Of a stretch of 24,207 nucleotides of DNA, positions 17,365-24,207 are shown piece after piece. The stretch is from a virus (taxonomy: Duplodnaviria; Caudoviricetes), in IMG/VR virus record IMGVR_UViG_3300038393_000858, positions 1 to 24,207 of that record, one strand, 5' to 3'. A program made the translations under genes and the position numbers. Numbering within the stretch: position 1 is the stretch's first letter; every line of letters starts with the position of its first letter. The notes below the pieces were generated by a model. That model was not told where the DNA came from, searched no databases, and was given only the letters and a program-made list of their open reading frames with translations.

Positions 17365-18331
17365 CAAGCCGCAGCGCGGCGTGCGCGCGACCTTCAACAG
17401 CCTGGTGGACGGTTTCGTCGCTTGGTTCGTCGATACCTTCTACAACGACATGGTTGCGCTCGTTTCCGGCCTGAACTCGCTGGCCTCGGGCACAGCCTAT
17501 TCGATTCCGTACAAGTTCAGCACTGCGACCGCCGATGCGGATCCCGGCATTTGGTATCTACGGCTGGACAACCTGACCCAGAACGCCTCGGCCGTCATCC
17601 GGGTCAGCACCACCGGCAGCAACGGCAAGAGCTATGCGACGATCCTGGACACGCTGGACGATTCGACCAGCGCGGTCAAGGGGTCGCTCACGCTGCAAAG
17701 CATGAGCGACCCGTCGAAATTCCTGCAGTTCAACGTGACGGGACTGATCGGCACCGGCAGCTACCGCAACATCACCGTCGCCGGCACCGGCGGCAGCGCC
17801 ACGTCCCCGTTCACGGCGGATGACGGCCTTGTGCTGAAATTTTCGCGCACGGGCGACAAGGGCGATGTCGGCCCGATGCAGACCTTTCCGACAATTTACG
17901 TCCGTGCCGAACACGCTTCCGGCACAAGCCCAGGTTCGGTCGGGGCAGCGGCAACATGGACGACCCGAACCCTGAATACGGTCAAGTCGAATTCGATCAC
18001 CGGCGCATCGCTTGCTTCAAACGCCGTCACCCTCCCGGCTGGCACATACGAATACGAAGGCAGCGCGCCAGCGCAGGCGGTCAATGGCCATCAAACACAA
18101 CTTTACAACGTCACCGATTCGGCCGTGATCGACATGGGGACGTCCGAGTATGCCTCCAACGCCAGCAGCGGTGCAAACCGATCAGTGTTGCGTGGGCAGT
18201 TTGTGCTGGCCTCTGCAAAGGCTGTCGCTATTCGTCATTGGACGGTTGCCGCTGTGGGCACCTATGGAATAGCAGCATCCACCGGCAGCAACGAGGTTTA
18301 TGCCGAGATCCGTTTCAGGAAGATTGCATAA
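17339..18331 (+). CDS. Putative tail fibre / receptor-binding protein
   Basis: 330 aa, Thr/Ser/Gly-rich, GDKGDVGP hinge, C-terminal domain (RTLNTV..N.I.GASL..N.VTLPAGTY) with atypical codon usage. Confidence 0.6.
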   Translation: MPLLTPPPSKPQRGVRATFNSLVDGFVAWFVDTFYNDMVALVSGLNSLASGTAYSIPYKFSTATADADPGIWYLRLDNLTQNASAVIRVSTTGSNGKSYATILDTLDDSTSAVKGSLTLQSMSDPSKFLQFNVTGLIGTGSYRNITVAGTGGSATSPFTADDGLVLKFSRTGDKGDVGPMQTFPTIYVRAEHASGTSPGSVGAAATWTTRTLNTVKSNSITGASLASNAVTLPAGTYEYEGSAPAQAVNGHQTQLYNVTDSAVIDMGTSEYASNASSGANRSVLRGQFVLASAKAVAIRHWTVAAVGTYGIAASTGSNEVYAEIRFRKIA

Positions 18332-18967
18332 ATGAGCGATACCGAGATCACCGATACCTTTGCTGCCGATGTGGCGGCGAACGCGCCGCAGCCAGTAGGC
18401 TACGTCACCTTCATCGAAAACGGCACCTTGGACGGCAGCTACTTGCAAGTGCCGCCGGAAGAACACCAGGGCCGCATGATCGTGGTGGACGACGCTACGC
18501 GTGATGCGTGGGTCAACTACGTCGCCAACGAGGCGCGCGACGGCGTGGAACCGCTTCCGCCGGACTCTGTCGACCTTGACGCGCTGAAGTCGGCCGCAAT
18601 TGCCAAGACCTATGCCGACGTCGACGCCGTGTACGACGCCGCGGTCGGGCGTCGCGCCACCGAATACCAGGAAGCCGAGGCGGCGGCGCGCGCATTCGCC
18701 GACGCCGGCTATGCGGGCGACGTCTCGGAATACGTTTCCGACTACGCGCTGCACAACCCGACCGGCGCCGAGCAGTCGAACCAGTGGGCGGCGGACCAGA
18801 TCATCGCCCGCGCCGACGCGTTCCGCGCTGCCCAGAAGGCCATGCGCACGCAGCGCTTCGCCGGGCAGGCTGCCATGCGCGCCGCGACCACGCCCGAGCA
18901 GCTGGCGGCGGCGCAGGAATCCTGGGCCGCCTTCATCGCCGAGACGCGCGCTGAGCTGGGGCTCTGA
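18332..18967 (+). CDS. Putative tail fibre assembly chaperone
   Basis: 211 aa, acidic and helical (EY..AE..A.AF..AGY, A.D.II..A), follows the fibre gene at a TAA|ATG junction. Confidence 0.55.
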   Translation: MSDTEITDTFAADVAANAPQPVGYVTFIENGTLDGSYLQVPPEEHQGRMIVVDDATRDAWVNYVANEARDGVEPLPPDSVDLDALKSAAIAKTYADVDAVYDAAVGRRATEYQEAEAAARAFADAGYAGDVSEYVSDYALHNPTGAEQSNQWAADQIIARADAFRAAQKAMRTQRFAGQAAMRAATTPEQLAAAQESWAAFIAETRAELGL

Positions 18968-18968
18968 C

Positions 18969-19499
18969 ATGGACACGATCTCGATCATCTTCACCCGGCG
19001 CCAGCGCAATCCGGTTTCCTGGCTGATCCGCTGGGCCATGCCGCGCACCCGCTTCGCCTGGGCGCTGTCGTCGCACGCGATCATCTACGCCGGCGGCCGC
19101 TGCTTCGAGGCCAACATGCTGTACGGCGTGCGCGAGACCGACTGGGACACCGCGCTGGCCGGCCAGACCATCGTGCGCGAGCGCTTCTACGAGGTGCCCG
19201 ACCTCGAGGCAGGCCTCGCCTGGATCCGCGCGCAGCTGTGCACCTACGAGCCGAACCCGCCGCGCTGGCTGCCGGCGCGCCTGCAGGCCGCGTATGCCGT
19301 CGTCCAGCGCATCCTCCACAACAACTACGACTGGCGCGGCGCGCTCGGCCTGTCGCTGGCGCCCGACCGCAACTGGGCCGACGATGAGCTCTGGTGGTGC
19401 TACGAACTCGGCGCCGGCTTCCTGAACGCGTGCGGCCGCCGGCTGTTCGCCGACCTGTCGCACGTCGGCGAGACCGCGCTGCTGGCGGTCGCCGCATGA
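18969..19499 (+). CDS. Permuted papain-like (YiiX/YaeF, NlpC/P60 superfamily) amidase
   Basis: 176 aa from ATG 18969. S.LIRW, SH (His), YDW.G and WWC.EL (Cys) occur in permuted His-before-Cys order. Confidence 0.7.
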   Translation: MDTISIIFTRRQRNPVSWLIRWAMPRTRFAWALSSHAIIYAGGRCFEANMLYGVRETDWDTALAGQTIVRERFYEVPDLEAGLAWIRAQLCTYEPNPPRWLPARLQAAYAVVQRILHNNYDWRGALGLSLAPDRNWADDELWWCYELGAGFLNACGRRLFADLSHVGETALLAVAA

Positions 19500-19537
19500 A
19501 CGATTCACCAACCCCAACCACTTCCAGAAAGGACCTC

Positions 19538-19753
19538 ATGAATCCAGCAACCGCGCCGGGAGACCAGTCGCTCAATGGTGTCGTCAAGGCCGTCGTCGAG
19601 ACCTCGCCGCCGGTCGCGCTGTCTGCCTGGCATTACCTGGCCGGCCAGCCGATCGAGAAGTGGCTGACCGCGATCACCATCTTCTATGTGATCCTGCAGG
19701 CCGTGGTCCTGGTCCGCAAGGAATTCTGGAAGCGCAAGGGGAGGCGGAAATGA
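19538..19753 (+). CDS. Holin (T7-like class II); alternative upstream start at 19496
   Basis: 71 aa, SD AAAGGA, PPV..S and W...TIFYVILQ hydrophobic segment, highly basic C-terminus, ATGA overlap with the endolysin. Confidence 0.75.
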   Translation: MNPATAPGDQSLNGVVKAVVETSPPVALSAWHYLAGQPIEKWLTAITIFYVILQAVVLVRKEFWKRKGRRK

Positions 19754-20232
19754 GCGCCTTCGACGAAGCGTTCGAGGCCCTGATCGGCAACGAGGGCGGC
19801 TATTCGAACCACCCGGACGACCCGGGCGGCGAGACGATGTGGGGCATCACCGCCCGCGTCGCCCGCGCCAACGGCTACGACGGTCCAATGCGGGCGCTGC
19901 CGCGCGAGACCGCGAAGGCGATCGCCAGGAAGTGCTACTGGGACGTGGCGCGCTGCGACGACCTGGACCCGCGCGTGGCGTTCCAGGTTTTCGACGCAGT
20001 CTACAACGGCGGCCCGGCCATCAAGTGGCTGCAGCAGGCCGCCGGCGCCCATCCGGACGGCGTGATCGGCCCGGCCACGATCGCCGCAGTGCAGCTGGCC
20101 GACCCGCTGAAAGTGACCATGCGTTTCCTCGCCTGCCGCCTGAAATACCTGGGCGAACTGAAGACCTGGCCGGTGTTCGGCCGCGGCTGGGCGAATCGGA
20201 TCGCCGACAACCTGATGAAAGGTGGTACATGA
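19750..20232 (+). CDS. Endolysin, glycoside hydrolase family 108 with a C-terminal PG-binding domain
   Basis: 160 aa, EGGY.NHP.DPGGET.WGIT, FD.VYN.G, LQ......DG.IGP.T and FGRGW.NR motifs. Confidence 0.92.
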   Translation: MSAFDEAFEALIGNEGGYSNHPDDPGGETMWGITARVARANGYDGPMRALPRETAKAIARKCYWDVARCDDLDPRVAFQVFDAVYNGGPAIKWLQQAAGAHPDGVIGPATIAAVQLADPLKVTMRFLACRLKYLGELKTWPVFGRGWANRIADNLMKGGT

Positions 20233-20759
20233 TGGACTGGAAGGCATTGATTCAAACCGTGGCGCCGTGGATCGGCACCGCGCTGGGCGGCCCGCTTGGC
20301 GGCATGGCGGTGAGCGCCGTCGGCGACGCGCTCGGCCTGTCGGACAAGACCGAGGCCGGCATCAAGGCGGCGCTGGCGGGCGCCTCGCCCGAGCAGATGC
20401 TCGCGCTCAAGCAGGCCGACCAGGCCTTCGCGCTCAAGATGCAGGAGCTCGGCTTCGAGAACGAGCAGAAGATCGCCGAGCTGGCGATGCAGGACCGCGA
20501 CAGCGCCAGGAAGCGCGAGGCCGCCGTGCAGGACTGGACCCCGCGCGTGCTGGCCTACGCGCTGGTGGGCGCGTTCATCGCCGTCATCGTCGGCGTGCTG
20601 GCCGGCTGGGGCAAGGCCGACTCGGTGCTGGCCGGCACGCTGATCGGCTACCTGTCGGCCAAGGCCGAACAGGTGGTGGCCTACTACTTCGGCAGCAGCT
20701 CGGGCAGCGACAAGAAGACCGAGATCATGGCCAAGGCCGCGGCGGACGCGGCGAAGTAG
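20229..20759 (+). CDS. Second lysis-cassette membrane protein (3-TM holin-like)
   Basis: 176 aa, AP.IGTALGGPLG, DRDSARKRE, two C-terminal hydrophobic helices, YYFGSS.GS..K. Confidence 0.7.
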   Translation: MMDWKALIQTVAPWIGTALGGPLGGMAVSAVGDALGLSDKTEAGIKAALAGASPEQMLALKQADQAFALKMQELGFENEQKIAELAMQDRDSARKREAAVQDWTPRVLAYALVGAFIAVIVGVLAGWGKADSVLAGTLIGYLSAKAEQVVAYYFGSSSGSDKKTEIMAKAAADAAK

Positions 20760-20793
20760 CCCCGGTCTGGCCGGCTACTTCAGCGGCCAACCC

Positions 20794-21201
20794 CTACTTG
20801 CACACCGCCGTGATCCCCGTGATCGCCTTGGTCTCGTCCGTCTTCGTGGTCAACTCGCAGCGTGTCGCCTTGTCGTCCATCCGTTTCGACAGCTGGACGG
20901 TGATCCCGCCGTAATAGCAGTACAGCCACTTCTGCTCGCCCGGCTCGAAGTTCCACGTCGATGCCCCGCCCCCCTTGAGCTTGCGCGAGCTGGCCGGCAC
21001 CAGATACGCCATCTGGTCTGGCGGACCGCTCAGCATCCCGCCGCCATCTAGCCGGACCAGGCTGGGCGCGCTCGCCACCCATCCTGCCGGCGCCGTGCGC
21101 GCCACGTCAATCGATCCCTTCGGTAATTCGGCCGGGCAGGAGCTCGTTTGCGCCGCGGCCAGCAGCGGAACCAGAGCCGCCAGCACGATCGCGGCCCTCA
21201 T
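20794..21201 (-). CDS. STY0301-like (Tai2-like) periplasmic amidase immunity protein
   Basis: 135 aa, signal peptide MRAAIVLAALVPLLAAA, four Cys, GPP..MAYLVP and KWLYCYY motifs, ATGA-coupled to the upstream effector. Confidence 0.7.
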   Translation of the reverse strand: MRAAIVLAALVPLLAAAQTSSCPAELPKGSIDVARTAPAGWVASAPSLVRLDGGGMLSGPPDQMAYLVPASSRKLKGGGASTWNFEPGEQKWLYCYYGGITVQLSKRMDDKATRCELTTKTDETKAITGITAVCK

Positions 21202-21608
21202 CGCTCGATCACCGAGAAAGCGTCGGCATTGTTGCTGGGGTCGACGAACGAGCCATCCTTGTGCTTGCCCAAGCGCCGCACGAATCGCATCGACACGCGC
21301 GGCTTGCGTGGATCGTTGCGCCACTGGTCCATGACCCAGATCCCGGCTGCACTGGAGCGCACGAAGAACGCCGCGTGCTGCCCGTGGGCCCGCGTGCCGT
21401 TGAAGCGGCCATCCCGGTCGAAGGTGGCGATCGCCGTCCCCGCGCGCAGAATGCCCCGATACTCGACCACGCTTTCCCCTTGCCGCCAGCCGATGGTCGC
21501 AATGCCCTTGAGCCCCGGCGTCAGCTTCTTGACAAGGTCCACGCACTCCCCGCTGCCGACCAGCTCGTGGTTCTGCAGCCCGTCCACTTCCCTGTACACG
21601 TATCCCAT
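21198..21608 (-). CDS. BPSL0067-like (Tae2-like) T6SS peptidoglycan amidase effector
   Basis: 136 aa from ATG 21608 (SD GGGAGG). VGSGECVDLVK (Cys), W..G, GTAIATF, HAAFF (His) and DQW motifs; no signal peptide. Confidence 0.8.
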   Translation of the reverse strand: MGYVYREVDGLQNHELVGSGECVDLVKKLTPGLKGIATIGWRQGESVVEYRGILRAGTAIATFDRDGRFNGTRAHGQHAAFFVRSSAAGIWVMDQWRNDPRKPRVSMRFVRRLGKHKDGSFVDPSNNADAFSVIER

Positions 21609-21693
21609 GAATCCTCCCGTTTCCCGTGAGGACATCGTGGCATCGCTGGGTTTACGGCAACTTGTTTACGGTCAACTGCTCGCCGGGGCAAGA

Positions 21694-21918
21694 TCAACGG
21701 CGATTCAGACGCGGGAACGGCAGCACGTTGAGCGGCAGCGGCCGGCGCCGGCGCCCGGGATCGGTCAGGACGCGGCAGATGGTGCCGAACCCGGCGCCGG
21801 AAGCGACCAGGAAGGCGACGGCGCTGCGCTGGCCGCGCGCCTCGAGCAGCTCGAGCGCGATATCGACGACGGCCGCCAGCTGCACGTCCGCGCGGTCGGG
21901 AAGGGTGGTGGAGCTCAT
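21694..21918 (-). CDS. Small hypothetical protein (74 aa)
   Basis: MSSTTLPDRADVQLAAVVDIAL...ICRVL, protein-like amphipathic composition. The overlapping + frame looks like a shadow. Confidence 0.5.
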   Translation of the reverse strand: MSSTTLPDRADVQLAAVVDIALELLEARGQRSAVAFLVASGAGFGTICRVLTDPGRRRRPLPLNVLPFPRLNRR

Positions 21919-21984
21919 CCGCGCAGCATAGCGCCGGCGGGCCCGGCCGGAGTGAGCTGGGTCAACGATGCTACACTCGCGCCT

Positions 21985-22281
21985 ATGTACGTGAAAGCCA
22001 AACAACTGCGCGAGCGCGGCCGGCGCCGCTCGCACCAACAGATCGCCGCCGACGACGGCAGGGTCGGCGAGCTGACGCTCGCCCAGTGCGCCCAGGTCTA
22101 CGAGCTGAATCTGAACGAAGCGGGGAGCTCGGTGCACGCGCCGCTGTACCCGTTGCTGTACGAGGCCAGGCTGATCTCGATGCACGGCGACAAGATGCTT
22201 TTCAAGGGCGAGGAGCGCCCGCTGGGCGACGACGGCCCGGCCTATGTCCAGGAATGGGCGGTGCAGCTCGAGCGCAGGTAA
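21985..22281 (+). CDS. Hypothetical phage protein (98 aa), probably leaderless
   Basis: MYVKAKQLRERGRR...LYEARL..M.GDKMLFKGEE...YVQEW. Extended -10 TGcTACACT at 21969-21977 lies 7 nt before the ATG, with no SD. Confidence 0.7.
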   Translation: MYVKAKQLRERGRRRSHQQIAADDGRVGELTLAQCAQVYELNLNEAGSSVHAPLYPLLYEARLISMHGDKMLFKGEERPLGDDGPAYVQEWAVQLERR

Positions 22282-22306
22282 GCGGGCGCCGAGCCGACGT
22301 CGGTCA

Positions 22307-22340
22307 GGGACTCGAACCCACGCCGACAGGAATCACAATC
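22307..22340 (-). pseudogene. Degenerate tRNA-His(GTG) fragment (anticodon loop to T-arm)
   Basis: The minus strand reads GATTGTGATTCCTGTCGGCGTGGGTTCGAGTCCC, matching the bacterial tRNA-His anticodon arm and T-loop. No 5' half and no CCA. Confidence 0.7.
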
Positions 22341-22343
22341 TTA

Positions 22344-23327
22344 CTACGCGGCGGTAGGTTGTGCCTTTACCGAAACCACTTTAGCCACCGTGATTTCTCC
22401 ACGCAGCGAACGAGCATTTATGCTGAGATAAACTGGGCTGCGGTGCCACTCCGCATTTTGAAGGAGTCCGATTTGGGACTGATTCAGACTGTGGTCATTG
22501 AATGAAGCAAAGAATTCCCTGCCATCCTCAAGGTTCCGGATGCGAAGCCGCACTTCATTCGGCTGCCGCAGATCCACTGCCAGGATCGAATAGTTGCCGT
22601 TGAGCTGCACTTCTTCGGATTCAGCGCGCCTTGCCGCGCCTATAACCCGCGCGGTCTCACCGTCGATCTCAACGTTATTGACAGCAAGGGTGTTCGCGGT
22701 CGCCCCCGACCGTATGATCTCACCCCGCGCCTCGTCAAAATCTGCTCGTGCATGTGCAAGCGACGGGGCCCGCTTCATCGCGTCGGCGAATACTTCCAGT
22801 CGGCGGGTTTCCTCTTTGCTCAAAGCAATCTTGTCGATCGACTCTTGCCCGATCTGCTTGTCAGCAGTGCGGGCAGCCAAATAGGCCTTGTACGCAAGAA
22901 GACTGGCGCCGGTCACGGCGAGCCCGATTACTGTAATTGCAAGCATTTCAGGGGTCATTTTGGTTACGATCGCGGAAGCGAGCTTCTCGGCAAAATCAGC
23001 AAGGTCAATCTCGACCACCGAACTGCCGCGCTTCACCTTAGCCTTAAACTGAATGTCGCGGCGCTCAGTATCCGTAAGGCTTCGCGCATTCGCGGTGCCG
23101 TGGACGGTGCGAGCATAGGCCCGATTCACTGCGCGCTGCACGTCGACAACGGCTTCTGCCACGTCCGAAGTGATGGTGGAATCATACCCCTTACCAGTCA
23201 AACGGATCTCAAGAACAGGCCAATTTTTGAACGCTAACTCATACGGCTGGTCGCCGAGTTCGTCTTTCAGCGCCTGTTCCAGGACATCAAAAGCCTGCTT
23301 TTCATTTTCAATGACAATTCGTTTCAA
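22344..23327 (-). CDS. Lower-GC single-TM hypothetical protein (327 aa); moron, candidate anti-phage protein
   Basis: TTG 23327 after SD AAGGA (ORF track extends to 23381). Central hydrophobic helix LAITVIGLAVTGASLLAY, foreign codon usage, opposite orientation, next to att. Confidence 0.8.
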   Translation of the reverse strand: MKRIVIENEKQAFDVLEQALKDELGDQPYELAFKNWPVLEIRLTGKGYDSTITSDVAEAVVDVQRAVNRAYARTVHGTANARSLTDTERRDIQFKAKVKRGSSVVEIDLADFAEKLASAIVTKMTPEMLAITVIGLAVTGASLLAYKAYLAARTADKQIGQESIDKIALSKEETRRLEVFADAMKRAPSLAHARADFDEARGEIIRSGATANTLAVNNVEIDGETARVIGAARRAESEEVQLNGNYSILAVDLRQPNEVRLRIRNLEDGREFFASFNDHSLNQSQIGLLQNAEWHRSPVYLSINARSLRGEITVAKVVSVKAQPTAA

Positions 23328-23432
23328 GGCTGTTTCCTTCCGGTAGCGATGAGTTCTGCATCGGCAAAAGAGTTGCCACATGAGTAACTTGACGTAATAC
23401 TAACCGAAACGATTCTGAAACGAAAAGAAATT

Positions 23433-23747
23433 TGGCGTAGATTTTGGCGTAGCTTTCTCCAAAACCGTATCTTGCTTATGGGAGGAGATACCTATCCATC
23501 ATGGGGGTGTGGTTCTTTTTCGCGGTCCGCGCAAGTTCTTGATCTAGCGGCATTTATCTATCTAAGTTCCTGATTTACCTGCGGATTCCTCGAATCTCGC
23601 TTTTTCTTCTACGCCGTCAGTAAGCATCAGTAGGCACCACAACACTTCACAAAATGGCGTAGCTTTTTCGACTGTTTGCTGCTGAGGTTACGCTACAATG
23701 CTCAACTCACGACGGCGTAGCCTGAAAACCTACGCCGAACCTACGCT
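23433..23747. other. attP-like site: dusA-type core with arm-type repeats and IHF-like sites
   Basis: Core CCC ATG ATG GAT on the - strand at 23494-23505. GGCGTAG/CTACGCC repeats at 23434, 23446, 23609, 23656, 23714, 23730 and (imperfect) 23741. IHF-like ATCA(A/G)GAACTT(G/A) on the - strand at 23532-23544 and 23563-23575. Confidence 0.7.
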
Positions 23748-23757
23748 GGAGATGTCG

Positions 23758-24207
23758 ATGTCATTTGATGCAAGGGCGGCCAAGCAGCTGTCGCCAGGCG
23801 AGCACTTTACCATGCCCGACTGCCCGGGCCTGCGTTTCGAGGTATCGGCCTCGACGCGCGCGTGGATCTACCGCTACAAGAATGGCGAAGGAAAGATGCG
23901 CCAGGTGAAGCTGGGCGAGTGGCCGGCCATGTCGGCGAACGTCGCCAAGGTCGAGTGGGAGAAGCTGCGCGACCTACGCGCCGGCGGGCGTGACCCGGCC
24001 GCGGAGCGCCGCGCCGATCGCCAGGCGGAGCGCGCGGCGCAGGAGCAGGCGCGCGCAATGGCGGCGCGGCGCAAGACGGTGCGCACCCTGATCGAGCAGT
24101 ACCTGGAGCGCCACATCGACCGGCAGCGGAAGGCCAAGGGCGCCGCCGAGGCGCGCCGGATGCTTGAGAAGGTGCTGGACGAGAACCCGGACTTCGCCCA
24201 GCTCGAC
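23758..24207 (+). CDS. int: Tyrosine integrase, N-terminal arm-binding domain (truncated by window end); likely DusA-associated integrase
   Basis: SD GGAG 23748-23751. Hand translation gives MSFDARAAKQLSPGEH...PGLRF.VS....WIYRYK..G..RQVKLG.WPAMS...A...GRDP, open to the window end. Absent from the ORF track because it has no stop in the window. Confidence 0.9.
   Translation, partial: MSFDARAAKQLSPGEHFTMPDCPGLRFEVSASTRAWIYRYKNGEGKMRQVKLGEWPAMSANVAKVEWEKLRDLRAGGRDPAAERRADRQAERAAQEQARAMAARRKTVRTLIEQYLERHIDRQRKAKGAAEARRMLEKVLDENPDFAQLD

Larger units (their letters stand above)
1..24207. mobile_element. Temperate lambda-like siphophage/prophage: head, tail, lysis, accessory genes, att region and integrase
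   Basis: Co-oriented, tightly packed portal, capsid, tail, tape measure and lysis genes, followed by an att-like region and an integrase 5' end. No host housekeeping gene is visible. Confidence 0.95.

Noticed and set aside
17339-18967. DGR or invertible tail-fibre switching
   Set aside because: No reverse transcriptase, invertase, duplicated template region or flanking inverted sites seen in this window.
20229-20240. ATGATGGACTGG (MMDW) resembling the dusA att core
   Set aside because: It is the overlapping start of the holin-like gene, lacks the Pro codon and has no arm repeats. Treated as coincidence.
21148-21984. N-terminal 279 aa of the 377-aa + ORF
   Set aside because: Antisense to the effector and the 74-aa gene. 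Only the part from ATG 21985 looks like a real protein.
21919-21990. LexA box in the divergent promoter gap
   Set aside because: No CTG-N10-CAG match found.
23433-23747. GGCGTAG repeats as a CRISPR array or iterons
   Set aside because: Too short, irregularly spaced and in mixed orientation; they fit integrase arm sites better.

Overview
GC-rich window holding the late (morphogenesis and lysis) half of a temperate, lambda-like siphophage. Gene style and a tRNA relic suggest a Betaproteobacterial host (inference only). The + strand order is: gpW-like head completion, lambda-family portal, a 3.1-kb five-gene fibre/adaptor-like insert, a fused protease-scaffold-major capsid gene, DUF2190 cement, head-tail and tail-completion genes, tail tube, a G/GT-type chaperone pair, a ~1668-aa tape measure, a short non-lambda tail-tip set, a papain-like amidase, holin, GH108 endolysin and a second holin-like gene. 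A right-hand accessory zone follows. It has a Tae2/Tai2-like (BPSL0067/STY0301-like) T6SS amidase effector-immunity pair on the - strand, two small hypotheticals, a decayed tRNA-His fragment and a lower-GC 327-aa membrane protein (candidate defence moron). It ends in an attP-like region (dusA-type PMMD core, GGCGTAG arm repeats on both sides, IHF-like sites) and the 5' part of a tyrosine integrase. Non-coding highlights are two identically spaced palindrome + -10 + ATG units (candidate activator-dependent leaderless late promoters), a 25-aa polyproline ORF and a multi-hairpin intergenic region. All family calls come from motif recognition by eye, not database searches.
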